A stretch of 51,642 nt of DNA from Kiritimatiellia bacterium (GCA_904502135.1 CAJGDE010000001.1:1-51642); one strand, 5' to 3'. Counted from the first letter of the stretch, positions 36,362 to 46,230 are shown. Made by a program: numbers and translations. The notes: generated by a model not told the origin, from the sequence alone.

Positions 36362-36955
36362 ATGAAGAAGGTCGATATTAACGTCGATAAGTCGCTTCTC
36401 GTCCTCGACAAGGGCGCTCAGGCGCTCAAGGATGCCATCACCGCTATCCGCAATGCTATGCGCGCCGGTACGGCTTCCACGAAGGGCAAGGGCGAAGTCG
36501 CAGGCTCTAACAAGAAGCCTTGGAAGCAGAAGGGCACGGGTAATGCTCGCGCCGGTTTCCGTCAGTCGCCCGTTTGGCGCGGCGGTGGTGTTGCGCACGG
36601 TCCTAAGCCTCGCGATTTTGAGCAGAAGCTCAACAAGAAGGTTTGGAAGCTTGCGTTTAAGCGCGCTCTCAGCGAGAAGCTTGAGGCTGGTCAGGTCATC
36701 GTCGTCGACGAGTTCTCTTTCGAGGCTCCCAAGACGAAGCTTATGGCCGCTTTCCTCAAGGAGCTCGGCGTTGATAGAAGCGCTGTCATCATTCAGAACG
36801 AAGTTGATGATACGACGCTTCTTGTCACATCCAACCTCCCCCGCATCGATTATTCAACGGCTCAGGCTCTCGACGTCTACACTCTCATGGTGAACAAGAC
36901 GCTCGTTTGCGATCAGGCCGGTTTCGACGCGCTCATGGCCCGCATGGCCAAGTAA
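36362..36955 (+). CDS. rplD: 50S ribosomal protein L4
   Basis: KPWKQKGTGNARAGFRQSPVWRGGGVAHGPKPR motif. Confidence 0.95.
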   Translation: MKKVDINVDKSLLVLDKGAQALKDAITAIRNAMRAGTASTKGKGEVAGSNKKPWKQKGTGNARAGFRQSPVWRGGGVAHGPKPRDFEQKLNKKVWKLAFKRALSEKLEAGQVIVVDEFSFEAPKTKLMAAFLKELGVDRSAVIIQNEVDDTTLLVTSNLPRIDYSTAQALDVYTLMVNKTLVCDQAGFDALMARMAK

Positions 36956-36967
36956 GGAGATTAAGCC

Positions 36968-37246
36968 ATGACGAAAGAAATTATCAAGAAGGTCATGATT
37001 ACCGAGAAGGGCACTCGTATGGCGGTTAACAACCAGTACTTCCTGGAAGTTGCCAAGGACGCCACGAAGCCCCAGATCGCCGAGGCCGCCGAGAAGAAGT
37101 TCGGCGTTCATGTCCTCGCGGTCCGCACCGCCAACATGAAGGGCGGGCTCAAGTACATCCGCGGGACTCGTCTTGCGAAAACCGAACCCACCTGGAAGCG
37201 CGCGATCGTCACGGTCAAAGCCGGCGAGCGCATTGAACAGGTCTAA
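36968..37246 (+). CDS. rplW: 50S ribosomal protein L23
   Basis: 92 aa with the ITEKG... pattern, between L4 and L2. Confidence 0.93.
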   Translation: MTKEIIKKVMITEKGTRMAVNNQYFLEVAKDATKPQIAEAAEKKFGVHVLAVRTANMKGGLKYIRGTRLAKTEPTWKRAIVTVKAGERIEQV

Positions 37247-37260
37247 GGAGCTCGAATACA

Positions 37261-38085
37261 ATGGGACTTAAATCTTATAAAGCCCGCAGTGACGGAATGC
37301 GTTTCCGCGTTTCTGCCAACTTTGCGGAAATCACCGAAAAGAAGCCGGTGAAGAGCTTGACCAAGGCTGTACGTAAAACAGCTGGTCGCAATAATCAAGG
37401 CCGCATCACTACCCGTCATCATGGTGGTGGCGCTAAGCAGCGTCTGAGAATCGTCGATTTCAAGCGCACGAAGTTTGACGTTGAAGCTACTGTTAAGGAT
37501 ATCGCTTACGATCCTACCCGCAGCGCCTATCTCGCGCTTATCGAGTACGCTGACGGTGTCAAGAGCTACATTCTTGCTCCTGAGGGTCTTAAGGTCGGTA
37601 TGAAGGTCATGAACGGCCCGAACGCTGAAGCGACGGTCGGCAACTGCTTGCCCCTCGTTCAGATCCCGCTCGGTCTTATGGTTCACGCGATTGAACTCGT
37701 TCCTGGTGAAGGCGCCAAGGTCGCCCGTTCTGCCGGCAATGAGTGCCAGATCATGGCTCGCGACAACGGCAAGGTCACGCTTAAGATGCCTTCCGGTGAA
37801 GTTCGTATCTTCAACGGTCGCTGTCTCGCAACAGTCGGTTCTGTCGGCAACAAGGATTGGGACTCCATCTCGCTCGGCAAGGCTGGACGCAAGCGCCACT
37901 TGGGCATTCGTCCTACCGTTCGCGGTGTTGCCATGAACCCGGTTGACCACCCGATGGGCGGCGGTGAAGGCCGTACGTCAGGCGGTAGCCACCCGCGTTC
38001 ACCTTGGGGTCAGCTCGCTAAGGGCGGCAAGACTCGTCCGAAGAGAAAAGCGTCTGATCGCGTCATCGTCAAGAGGAGGAAATAA
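37261..38085 (+). CDS. rplB: 50S ribosomal protein L2
   Basis: GRNNQGRITTRHHGGG and MNPVDHPMGGGEGR motifs. Confidence 0.96.
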   Translation: MGLKSYKARSDGMRFRVSANFAEITEKKPVKSLTKAVRKTAGRNNQGRITTRHHGGGAKQRLRIVDFKRTKFDVEATVKDIAYDPTRSAYLALIEYADGVKSYILAPEGLKVGMKVMNGPNAEATVGNCLPLVQIPLGLMVHAIELVPGEGAKVARSAGNECQIMARDNGKVTLKMPSGEVRIFNGRCLATVGSVGNKDWDSISLGKAGRKRHLGIRPTVRGVAMNPVDHPMGGGEGRTSGGSHPRSPWGQLAKGGKTRPKRKASDRVIVKRRK

Positions 38086-38088
38086 CAC

Positions 38089-38358
38089 ATGTCACGTTCT
38101 CTCAAGAAGGGGCCGTACGTGGAGGAGAGCCTCCTCCGCAAGGTCGAGAAGATGCAGGCTAGCGGCAAGAAGCAGCCGATTAAGACCTGGAGCCGTCGCT
38201 CGATGGTACTGCCTGAATTCGTGGGTCTCACGTTCGCGATCCACAACGGCCGGCAGCATATGCCGATCTTTATAACCGAAAACATGGTCGGGCACCGTCT
38301 CGGCGAGTTCGCCCCGACGCGCACGTTCAAGTCGCATGGTAACAGCGACAAGAAGTAA
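38089..38358 (+). CDS. rpsS: 30S ribosomal protein S19
   Basis: [11 protein letters not shown]...[23 protein letters not shown]. Confidence 0.96.
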   Translation: MSRSLKKGPYVEESLLRKVEKMQASGKKQPIKTWSRRSMVLPEFVGLTFAIHNGRQHMPIFITENMVGHRLGEFAPTRTFKSHGNSDKK

Positions 38359-38370
38359 GGAAACGAAACG

Positions 38371-38721
38371 ATGGAAGTAATCGCCATTACACGTAACGCG
38401 CGTATGTCGGCGGCCAAGGGCCGTCCGCTCGCACGCGCTTGCCAGGGGCTCAAAGCCTCTGAAGCGCTCAAGGTCGTTGAGTTCTCGCCTAAGAAAGCGG
38501 CTGAGATTCTTAAGAAGACCATTTTGAGCGCGATCGCGAACGCGAAGCACAATAACGGTGTCGAAAACGCCGGAGAACTCACTGTCAAGCTCAGCGTCTT
38601 CGACGAATCTATTCGCATGAAGCGCTATTGGCCCACCGCGCGCGGTTCGGCTCACCCGATCGCCCGTCGCATGTGCCATTGCAAGGTCGTTCTCACTGAC
38701 GTCAAGAAGGAGACGAAGTAA
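38371..38721 (+). CDS. rplV: 50S ribosomal protein L22
   Basis: 116 aa, ...ARMSAAKGRPLARAC.., between S19 and S3. Confidence 0.94.
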   Translation: MEVIAITRNARMSAAKGRPLARACQGLKASEALKVVEFSPKKAAEILKKTILSAIANAKHNNGVENAGELTVKLSVFDESIRMKRYWPTARGSAHPIARRMCHCKVVLTDVKKETK

Positions 38722-38722
38722 T

Positions 38723-39418
38723 ATGGGACAGAAAGTTAATCCTATTGGTCTGCGCATCGGCGTTAATCACGCTTGGGGCAGCCGTTGGTTCGCGCCCAAA
38801 AAGAATTTTGGCGCGTATCTGATCGAAGACCAGAAGATTCGCGAGACTTGCAAGAAGCGCTTCGCCGAGGCAGGAATTTCGAAGATTCTCATCGAACGTT
38901 ATCTTAACCGCGTCAGAGTTACGCTTTTCAGCGCTCGTCCTGGCGTGATTATCGGCCGCAAGGGCGGTGACGTCGATGTAATCCGCACCGATCTTGAGAA
39001 GATGACCAAGAAAGAGGTTTATCTTGAGATCAAGGAAGTTCAGGGTGCCGACGCTGACGCTCAGCTCGTCGCGGAATCTATCGCTCTTCAGCTTGAGCGC
39101 CGCATTATGCTCAAGCGCGCTATGAAGAGAGCTCAGAAAGTCGCGATGGATATGGGTGTTGAGGGTATCAAGATTCATGCCTCCGGCCGTATCAACGGTG
39201 CTGAAATCGCACGTGTTGAGTGGACTCGCGAAGGCAAGGTTCCCCTGCACACTTTAAGAGCGAATATCGATTACGGTTTCGCTGAAGCGAATACCACTGC
39301 CGGCAAGATCGGCATCAAGGTTTGGATCTGCAAGAAGGAAGGTTTCCAGGCTCGCGCTCCCAGGAGCGAGCGTCGCGGAGATCGTGAAGGAGGTAAGCGC
39401 CATGCCGCTCATGCCTAA
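38723..39418 (+). CDS. rpsC: 30S ribosomal protein S3
   Basis: [14 protein letters not shown]... with KH and C-terminal domains. Confidence 0.96.
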   Translation: MGQKVNPIGLRIGVNHAWGSRWFAPKKNFGAYLIEDQKIRETCKKRFAEAGISKILIERYLNRVRVTLFSARPGVIIGRKGGDVDVIRTDLEKMTKKEVYLEIKEVQGADADAQLVAESIALQLERRIMLKRAMKRAQKVAMDMGVEGIKIHASGRINGAEIARVEWTREGKVPLHTLRANIDYGFAEANTTAGKIGIKVWICKKEGFQARAPRSERRGDREGGKRHAAHA

Positions 39419-39824
39419 GAGAGTAAAGTTCCGCAAGGTTTCTAAGGGCAATCGTTCGGGTTATGCCACGTCAGGCACAGAGCTTGCGTACGGCGAATTC
39501 GGTCTTAAGGCTCTTACGCGCGGTCTTCTCACCGCAACTCAGATCGAGGCATGCCGTGTCGCGATCAACCGTGAGATGAAGCGCAAGGGCAAGCTCTGGA
39601 TCCGCGTGTTCCCCGACAAGCCCGTCACCCGCAAGCCTATCGAAGTGCGTATGGGCGGAGGAAAGGGTAACCCTGAATTTTGGGCTGCCGTTATTCTCCC
39701 CGGTAAGGTGCTCTTCGAAATCGGCGGCGTATCTGAAGAGGTCGCCAAGGAGTGTCTGCGTCTTGCAGCCACTAAGATTGGCATCCATACGAAATTTATC
39801 ACCCGCGCAGGAGTCAAAATCTGA
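39402..39824 (+). CDS. rplP: 50S ribosomal protein L16
   Basis: [12 protein letters not shown]...[20 protein letters not shown] lies upstream of ATG 39402 (the track start 39384 is over-extended). Confidence 0.94.
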   Translation: MPLMPKRVKFRKVSKGNRSGYATSGTELAYGEFGLKALTRGLLTATQIEACRVAINREMKRKGKLWIRVFPDKPVTRKPIEVRMGGGKGNPEFWAAVILPGKVLFEIGGVSEEVAKECLRLAATKIGIHTKFITRAGVKI

Positions 39825-40075
39825 TGAGCACGGAAACCACAAATCGTGGCGCACGCAAAGTGCGCAAAGGCGTCGTAGTGTCCAAGATGGGCACCAAGAG
39901 CGTGAATGTTCAGGTTTCATACCGCGAACGTCACCCCTTGTACGGCAAGATCATTACGCGTACGAAAAAGTATCATGCGCATGATGAAGACGATACGGCG
40001 AAAGTCGGTGACCAGGTCACCATCATGGAGACGCGTCCTCTTTCGGCTACGAAGCGTTGGCGCGTTGTGAAGTAA
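39824..40075 (+). CDS. rpsQ: 30S ribosomal protein S17
   Basis: 83 aa, ...[16 protein letters not shown]...RPLSATKRW. The start overlaps the L16 stop (TGATG), so there is no room for rpmC. Confidence 0.94.
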   Translation: MSTETTNRGARKVRKGVVVSKMGTKSVNVQVSYRERHPLYGKIITRTKKYHAHDEDDTAKVGDQVTIMETRPLSATKRWRVVK

Positions 40076-40088
40076 GGAGGCCTAAGTC

Positions 40089-40454
40089 ATGTTACAGGAA
40101 CTCTCCAATCTCGTTGTAGCGGACAACACCGGCGCCAAGCGCGCGATGTGCTTCCGCATTCTCGGCCAGCGTAAGGAATACGCTCACCTTGGCGATGTCA
40201 TCCGCGTCGCCATTAAGGAAGCTTCTCCCACAGGCTCGATCAAGAAAGGCTCGGTCGCCACGGCTGTTATCGTGCGTACCGGTAAACCAATCCGCCGCGA
40301 AGACGGCTCCATGGTTCACTTCGATCAGAATGCTTGCGTTCTCGTCGACTCGAAGTTCAATCCGCTCGGCACCCGTATTTTCGGGCCTGTCGCTCGCGAA
40401 CTTCGTGAAAAGAACTACATGAAGATCCTCTCGATGGCCCCGGAAGTAGTCTAA
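40089..40454 (+). CDS. rplN: 50S ribosomal protein L14
   Basis: [17 protein letters not shown]... 121 aa. Confidence 0.96.
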   Translation: MLQELSNLVVADNTGAKRAMCFRILGQRKEYAHLGDVIRVAIKEASPTGSIKKGSVATAVIVRTGKPIRREDGSMVHFDQNACVLVDSKFNPLGTRIFGPVARELREKNYMKILSMAPEVV

Positions 40455-40471
40455 TTCCAAGGAGCAATATC

Positions 40472-40783
40472 ATGGCTATCGCAAGAATTAAAAAGAACGA
40501 CACAGTGATCGTCACGAGCGGCAACGATGCCGGTAAGACCGGTACCGTCCTCAAGGTCGACCCCAAGAAGGGCACGGCCGTCGTCGGTAAGATCAATGTT
40601 CACAAGAAGGCGATGCGCCGCACCGAGAAAAACGCGGGCGGTATCATCGACATTGAAATGCCCGTGAGACTTTGCAAGCTTATGCCATACGACGCCGACA
40701 AGAAGTGCGGCACCCGCGTTAAGGCGGGCGAGAAGGATGGCAAGAAGGCTAGAGTCTCGGTCAAGAGCGGCAAGGCTCTTTAA
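40472..40783 (+). CDS. rplX: 50S ribosomal protein L24
   Basis: IKKNDTVIVTSGNDAGKTGTVLKV KOW motif. Confidence 0.94.
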   Translation: MAIARIKKNDTVIVTSGNDAGKTGTVLKVDPKKGTAVVGKINVHKKAMRRTEKNAGGIIDIEMPVRLCKLMPYDADKKCGTRVKAGEKDGKKARVSVKSGKAL

Positions 40784-40798
40784 TAAGGAACGGATATC

Positions 40799-41335
40799 AT
40801 GGCAAGACTCAAAGACGAATATACGAGCCGCATGGTTCCCGAGCTTGTTCAGAAGCTCGGTGTTACCAACAAGATGCTCGTTCCCCGCCTTCAGAAGATC
40901 GTCATCAATATGGGCTTCGGCATCGTCTCCAAGGACGATCAGAAGTCTCTCGTCGATGAACTGATGGCTATTACCGGCCAAAAGCCCCAGCTCTGCAAAG
41001 CGAAGAAGTCCATTTCGAACTTCAAGCTCCGCGAAGGTATGGTCATTGGCGCGAAGGTTACTCTGCGCGGCGAGCGCATGTGGGAATTTGCCGACCGTCT
41101 CATTTCGACGGCGCTTCCCCGCATTCGCGACTTCCGCGGTGTTTCAAACCGTGGCTTTGACGGACGCGGCAACTATACGATGGGCCTTAAGGAGCACTCA
41201 ATCTTCCCCGAACTGGTGGATGCGTGCACGGCTCACTCAGGTATGGACATCACCTTCGTCACCAGTTCGACGGACAACAAGGCATGCAAGGAGCTTCTTA
41301 ACTCCATGGGTATGCCGTTCGCTGGGAGGAACTAA
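40799..41335 (+). CDS. rplE: 50S ribosomal protein L5
   Basis: [21 protein letters not shown]...[16 protein letters not shown]. Confidence 0.96.
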   Translation: MARLKDEYTSRMVPELVQKLGVTNKMLVPRLQKIVINMGFGIVSKDDQKSLVDELMAITGQKPQLCKAKKSISNFKLREGMVIGAKVTLRGERMWEFADRLISTALPRIRDFRGVSNRGFDGRGNYTMGLKEHSIFPELVDACTAHSGMDITFVTSSTDNKACKELLNSMGMPFAGRN

Positions 41336-41337
41336 TC

Positions 41338-41523
41338 ATGGCTAAGAAAAGTCTGGTTGAAAAGCAGAAGAAGACGCCCAAGTTTAAGGTGCGTCAGTAT
41401 AATCGCTGCCAGCGTTGCGGCCGCCGCCACGCTTACATCCGCAAGTTCGGCGTTTGCCGTCTTTGCTTCCGCGAACTGGCTGTCTCCGGTCTCATTCCGG
41501 GTGTTACTAAGGCTTCGTGGTAA
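41338..41523 (+). CDS. rpsN: 30S ribosomal protein S14, zinc-binding type Z
   Basis: 61 aa with CQRCG...CRLC. Confidence 0.94.
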   Translation: MAKKSLVEKQKKTPKFKVRQYNRCQRCGRRHAYIRKFGVCRLCFRELAVSGLIPGVTKASW

Positions 41524-41548
41524 TTTTTAAGGAAAGGAATCCTATACA

Positions 41549-41941
41549 ATGATAATCGATCCCATTTCCGATATGCTCACCACTATTCGCAACGGTCTTA
41601 AGGCGCGCCTTTTCACCGTTGAAACTCCGGCGAGCAACCTCAAGGGCGAAATCGCCCGCGTCATGAAAGAGTCGGGCTACATCACCGACTGCGTGACCAC
41701 TTCCGAGTTCCCCAAGAAGCTCGTTATCACGCTTAAGTATACCGATCGCGCCGAACCTGCGATCCGTGAGCTCAAGCGCATTTCGAAGCCGGGTCTCAGA
41801 AAGTTCGTTTCAGTCCCCGAGATTCCGCTCGTTCTTGACGGGCTTGGTCTTGCGATTCTCTCCACATCCAAGGGCATTATGTCCGGCAAGGATGCGAAGA
41901 AGGCTCGCCTCGGCGGAGAAATCATTTGTACTGTCGCTTAA
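41549..41941 (+). CDS. rpsH: 30S ribosomal protein S8
   Basis: DPISDMLTTIRNG N-terminus. 130 aa. Confidence 0.95.
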   Translation: MIIDPISDMLTTIRNGLKARLFTVETPASNLKGEIARVMKESGYITDCVTTSEFPKKLVITLKYTDRAEPAIRELKRISKPGLRKFVSVPEIPLVLDGLGLAILSTSKGIMSGKDAKKARLGGEIICTVA

Positions 41942-41960
41942 TTTTAAGGAGCCAAAGACA

Positions 41961-42494
41961 ATGTCTCGAATCGGTAAAGAACCCGTCAAACTCGTTGAAG
42001 GCGTAACCGCCCTCATCGATGGCCAGACGGTGACTGTCAAGGGTAAGCTTGGTGAGCTTTCCTACACGATGCATGACGGCATCACGGCGAAACTTGAAGA
42101 TGGAGTTATCAAGATCGATCGCTGCTGCGATTCGGTCGCTAATTTCCACGGTCTCGCCCGCGCGCTGATCAACAATATGGTTATCGGCGTGTCAACAGGC
42201 TACACGAAGCAGCTTTCAATTGAAGGCACGGGTTTCAAAGCAGCGCTTCAGGGAACTAACCTCTCGCTGACCCTCGGCTTCGCCAGCCCCAAAATCTATC
42301 AGATTCCTGAAGGTCTTACGATCACCGTTGAAAACGACGGCTTGCTCGTGACCGTCAAGGGTATTCGCAAGGAACAGGTCGGCGAAGCGGCCGCACGTAT
42401 CCGCGCATACTATCCTGCCGAGCCTTACAAGGGCAAGGGTATTAAGTATGTCGGCGAGCGCATCCGCCGTAAACAAGGAAAGAAGGTGGCCTAA
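41961..42494 (+). CDS. rplF: 50S ribosomal protein L6
   Basis: MSRIGKEPVKL... after an AAGGAG SD. The track start 41766 is over-extended into rpsH. Confidence 0.94.
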   Translation: MSRIGKEPVKLVEGVTALIDGQTVTVKGKLGELSYTMHDGITAKLEDGVIKIDRCCDSVANFHGLARALINNMVIGVSTGYTKQLSIEGTGFKAALQGTNLSLTLGFASPKIYQIPEGLTITVENDGLLVTVKGIRKEQVGEAAARIRAYYPAEPYKGKGIKYVGERIRRKQGKKVA

Positions 42495-42853
42495 TGTTCA
42501 ATCGCAAAGTTCAGCGCCAGAAGCGTCATTTGCGCCTTCGTCAGAAAGTCGTCGGCACTGCAGAGCGTCCGCGTATGTCAATCTGCGTAACGAACAAGAA
42601 TATGTATGTTCAGTTCGTGGACGACGACGCCCAGAAGACGCTCGCTTCGGCAAGTTCACTCAAGGAGAAAAAGGCGAACCTCGAGGTTGCAAAGAACCTC
42701 GGAGCCGCCGCCGCAGCCGCCGCGAAGGCAGCCGGCATTTCTCTTGTCGTCGTAGATCGCGGCGGCAACAAGTATACCGGCCGTGTCGCAGCCATCGTGG
42801 ACGCTGCTGTTGAAGCGGGTCTTATGATCAGCGCGAAGAAGGAGGATAAGTAA
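42494..42853 (+). CDS. rplR: 50S ribosomal protein L18
   Basis: 119 aa, ...RPRMSICVTNKNMYVQ...VVDRGGNKYTGRVAA. TAATG overlap with rplF. Confidence 0.94.
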   Translation: MFNRKVQRQKRHLRLRQKVVGTAERPRMSICVTNKNMYVQFVDDDAQKTLASASSLKEKKANLEVAKNLGAAAAAAAKAAGISLVVVDRGGNKYTGRVAAIVDAAVEAGLMISAKKEDK

Positions 42854-42855
42854 TC

Positions 42856-43347
42856 ATGGCTATGAATCGTGATAAGCGCGCCGAAGTTCAGCAGGATGAT
42901 CTCAGCGAGCACACAGTGTTCATCAACCGTTGCGCGAAGACCGTAAAAGGCGGCCGTCGCATGAGCTTCTCTGCCGTCATCGTTGTCGGTGACAAGGAGG
43001 GCAAGGTTGGTGTTGGTTTCGGTAAGGCCAATGAAGTTGCTGATGCCATCCGCAAGGGCGGCGAGGCTGCCCGCAAGGATATGCGCAAGGTCTGCCTTAA
43101 GGGCACTTCAATTCCTCACGAAGTTGAAGGCGTTTGCGATGGTGGCCGCGTTCTCTTGAAGCCGGCTCCTACCGGTACCGGTCTTATCGTTGGCGGTGGT
43201 ATGCGCCCTGTTCTTGAAGCAGCGGGTATCCGTGATGCTGTGGGCAAGTCACTCGGCTCGAAGAACCGTCTCAACGTGGTTAAGGCTACGATGAACGCTC
43301 TCGATCAGCTTAGAAGTGCCGAGGAAATCGCCACTGTCCGTGCGTAA
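42856..43347 (+). CDS. rpsE: 30S ribosomal protein S5
   Basis: INRCAKTVKGGRRMSFSAVIVVGD... 163 aa. Confidence 0.95.
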   Translation: MAMNRDKRAEVQQDDLSEHTVFINRCAKTVKGGRRMSFSAVIVVGDKEGKVGVGFGKANEVADAIRKGGEAARKDMRKVCLKGTSIPHEVEGVCDGGRVLLKPAPTGTGLIVGGGMRPVLEAAGIRDAVGKSLGSKNRLNVVKATMNALDQLRSAEEIATVRA

Positions 43348-43366
43348 AGCGAAAGGAGAATAGAAA

Positions 43367-43804
43367 ATGGATCTTTCCAATCTCACCAACACCCCCGGAG
43401 CACGCGAGCGTCGTAAACGCGTCGGTCGTGGCTGTGGTTCGGGTATGGGCAAGACTTCAACCCGTGGTCACAAGGGTCAGGCTCAGCGCAAGGGTCACAA
43501 GCAGAAACTCCAGTTTGAAGGTGGTCAGATGCCGCTCGTCAGACGCATTCCTAAGCGTGGTTTTAACAATGCCGCGTTCAATGCGAAGGCTCTTGGAGTT
43601 AATGTTTCCACTCTTGAGGCCAAGTTTGAAGCTGGTGCTGAAATCACTGTTGAAGCTCTCGCCAAGGCTGGTCTTTTTGACAACAAGCGTCCTAAGATCA
43701 AGGTTCTCGGCAACGGCGAGCTTACGAAGAAGTTCACCGTCAAGGTGCCTTGCTCTGCGAGCGCTAAGGCTAAGATTGAAGCTGCCGGCGGTACAGTCGC
43801 CTAA
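43367..43804 (+). CDS. rplO: 50S ribosomal protein L15
   Basis: GRGCGSGMGKTSTRGHKGQ motif. It follows S5 directly, so there is no rpmD. Confidence 0.94.
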   Translation: MDLSNLTNTPGARERRKRVGRGCGSGMGKTSTRGHKGQAQRKGHKQKLQFEGGQMPLVRRIPKRGFNNAAFNAKALGVNVSTLEAKFEAGAEITVEALAKAGLFDNKRPKIKVLGNGELTKKFTVKVPCSASAKAKIEAAGGTVA

Positions 43805-43823
43805 GGTTTCCGGTCTTACAGAT

Positions 43824-43858
43824 AAAAAAGCCGTCCGTGAAAACGGACGGTTTTTTTT
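43824..43858. terminator. bidirectional intrinsic terminator between rplO and the convergent gene
   Basis: A-run, stem CCGTCCGT / ACGGACGG with a GAAA loop, then T8. Confidence 0.8.
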
Positions 43859-43868
43859 ACTTATTTAT

Positions 43869-46070
43869 TTAAGGAACAGACCGCTTGAAAATGCGCGTTT
43901 CACCGCATTTGAATTTTATGGGGGCGATGGCACTGTCGGAAACTTTTTCTTTCGTAAGCGCATCGATGACAGGACTAAAGCGGAAGTTTAATTTTATCTC
44001 ACCGTCGCGTTGCGCCTGCACGGCTACATAGTCCTCGGCCGCGCATACGATTGCGCTGCCTTGAGGGGCGTAAACGTGAGAGCCTGCTTTTTCGGCTTCT
44101 GCGGCGACATACTTAGCCGACAATTGAGAGCCCTCAGTGACTTCGATTATGCGAAAGCCACCCTGAGATTTGAGTTTTTCGAGTTTTTCCCGCTTTTCCT
44201 TAGGGAGATCTCGCGCGAACGCGATGATGAAAAGTTTTGCTTTGGGGGGATCTCTTAAAACGTCATCCAAGAGATACTGCCCGTAAGTGACACCTGAGCG
44301 TTCTATCCCGGTTCGCCGAAGAAAGGGAGTTACCATTTTAGAAGAACCGTACCCGTTCATCATAAGGCTCTCTTCATCGAGAATAAGCGCGATGTCGGGA
44401 GTGTATGGAGTTTTTCTCTTGAGGAAAGCATCATCCATCTCTTTTAGAGAAGATCTTAAGTTCCAAAGCTCTTCGTCTCTGAACCATCCCCTGCCGCATA
44501 AATCCATCCACCAGTCCGCGTGGCCGCGTATGATGCATTTGGCAGAATTGCGCAACAGGAAATTGCGGGTGTTCCAAGCGGACTTGTTGACAAAGCCGCT
44601 CATCTTTATAGCCCCTGTCCATAATTCTTCATGGTGTGTGCGCGTGTCGTCTTCATTTATCCAAAGGATGCCGCTGCGCATAATCGTTTCTGCCGCGCTC
44701 ATTACGGCGGTTGACCCAGGTAGGCCGCGCTCGGCGTAGCTGAAAGGCGCGGAAATGCCGTCGATGTTTTCGCGGGCGTTCTTTAAAATCCAGTCAACGA
44801 AGAAGTGCCCTGATTCTGCGGCGCCCGCCGGTACATTGCCGACTTCCCACGTGTAGCCGTAGAAAAAGAGGGCGAGAGATTTGTTATCAGTTCCGCGTCT
44901 TACGGCAGCGCCGAGATCGTTGATGAAGCTCGCCATTTCATATTGACGGAATCTGCCGAATTCAATAACGCGTTTATCAAGTTTTTCATCTAATCTGAAG
45001 CCGGGGCGGATAGCGGTTCTTTCGGCTACGCTCGGAACTTCAGCCACCATCGCGTCTTTGTCGCCGCGCTCAGCGAGATACTCTCTGAAAGCGTTTCGCG
45101 TATGAATGTCATAGCCCGATAAATCCCGGGTTTGTGAAAGCATATAAAACCATTCGGCGGAATTTTGGCCGCTTATATGAAGTCCTGCGAAATTGCGCGG
45201 GAATTTTTTCTGCAGGTGTCGTGCGAGAAGTTCTACTTCTTTGCAAGCTGACTTGCGGTATTCGCGTGAAGAGATCGATGACATTTCGATCGTGAAACTG
45301 TCGTTAAACTTCATCCTCAGCGTCGGATCTCGCTCAAGCATCCATTTGGGGGCGTTTGCGCTGATGCGAGGGATTAAGAGAACGTTGGGATTTGCTTTAA
45401 TAAGCGATTCGCACATTTCGTCGATATCGCCGTATGTGCGTTCTTTTTCGGGCGGCGACCACCAGCTCTGGCAACCCCAGGAGTTCTCGGTTGAGAACGT
45501 AATCAGGTTAAAGCCGTGCCGCCCGGCCATCCTAACGGTATCGATCAGCGTTTCCCCGTACGGTAAGGGTATGACCTTTTTTATTCCGTCTTTTGTCGTG
45601 TAGTACATTTCATAAGAAAGGGGCTGACGGAAGTGCTTCGCCCGGTGAAAAACGTGGAATTGATAGCGATGGGACTTTTTAAGATGCAGATTCTCTTTTT
45701 TGAACGTGTGGGCGGCCTCGTCGGCTGTGGTGAGTACGGTTGTCGAACCATCTGTAAGGTCGATCAGTTTCGCGCCAGAAAATGTTATAGGCTTGTTGGC
45801 CTTTGAAGTTTTAAATACAATTGTCGCGCTTTCAGTATCTTCATCAGCAACAAATGGAATGACAAGTTTAACTTTGTGGGTTTGTGTGACTATGGTAACG
45901 TTTTGCGGAGAGCCGAAGAAAAATCTTGCAGGCGTCATCTTTCCATCAACAAAAAGCCTAGGTCCGGTAGGGGTGTTTTTAACGCGCACTTCTACGCTTT
46001 CGGCGCAATGCGCCGCGAATGGCAGAATTGCGCAAAGCAGAACGAAAGTTGTGTTTTTTATTGCTGTCAT
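43869..46070 (-). CDS. secreted glycoside-hydrolase-like protein (TIM-barrel, GH42/GH35-like; family not determined)
   Basis: Signal peptide MTAIKNTTFVLLCAILPFAAHCAE when started at ATG 46070 (the track uses ATG 46163). The central region resembles beta-galactosidase-like hydrolases by pattern only. Confidence 0.45.
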   Translation of the reverse strand: MTAIKNTTFVLLCAILPFAAHCAESVEVRVKNTPTGPRLFVDGKMTPARFFFGSPQNVTIVTQTHKVKLVIPFVADEDTESATIVFKTSKANKPITFSGAKLIDLTDGSTTVLTTADEAAHTFKKENLHLKKSHRYQFHVFHRAKHFRQPLSYEMYYTTKDGIKKVIPLPYGETLIDTVRMAGRHGFNLITFSTENSWGCQSWWSPPEKERTYGDIDEMCESLIKANPNVLLIPRISANAPKWMLERDPTLRMKFNDSFTIEMSSISSREYRKSACKEVELLARHLQKKFPRNFAGLHISGQNSAEWFYMLSQTRDLSGYDIHTRNAFREYLAERGDKDAMVAEVPSVAERTAIRPGFRLDEKLDKRVIEFGRFRQYEMASFINDLGAAVRRGTDNKSLALFFYGYTWEVGNVPAGAAESGHFFVDWILKNARENIDGISAPFSYAERGLPGSTAVMSAAETIMRSGILWINEDDTRTHHEELWTGAIKMSGFVNKSAWNTRNFLLRNSAKCIIRGHADWWMDLCGRGWFRDEELWNLRSSLKEMDDAFLKRKTPYTPDIALILDEESLMMNGYGSSKMVTPFLRRTGIERSGVTYGQYLLDDVLRDPPKAKLFIIAFARDLPKEKREKLEKLKSQGGFRIIEVTEGSQLSAKYVAAEAEKAGSHVYAPQGSAIVCAAEDYVAVQAQRDGEIKLNFRFSPVIDALTKEKVSDSAIAPIKFKCGETRIFKRSVP

Positions 46071-46221
46071 AACTCTATGTCGTGTGTCGTAAATTTTTGC
46101 ATAAAATGAAAAGAAAAGTAATGTGTAAAAGTATATCATAAAGAAGATGCGCTTAAATCCCATTGCGCAAAAAAGTGATAAAATATGCGCAAAAAGGTTG
46201 TGGGATTTTTTATGCCAGGGA

Positions 46222-46230
46222 TGGTATAAT
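46222..46230 (+). promoter_or_regulatory. extended -10 box TGGTATAAT upstream of the dehydrogenase/kinase operon
   Basis: Exact TGGTATAAT lies 92 nt upstream of ATG 46322 in an AT-rich divergent spacer. Confidence 0.4.

Noticed and set aside
35553-40981. Series of 135-235-aa minus-strand ORFs and alternative-frame plus-strand ORFs across the ribosomal protein operon
   Set aside because: All of them overlap canonical r-protein genes, which fully account for the region. They are composition-driven open frames.
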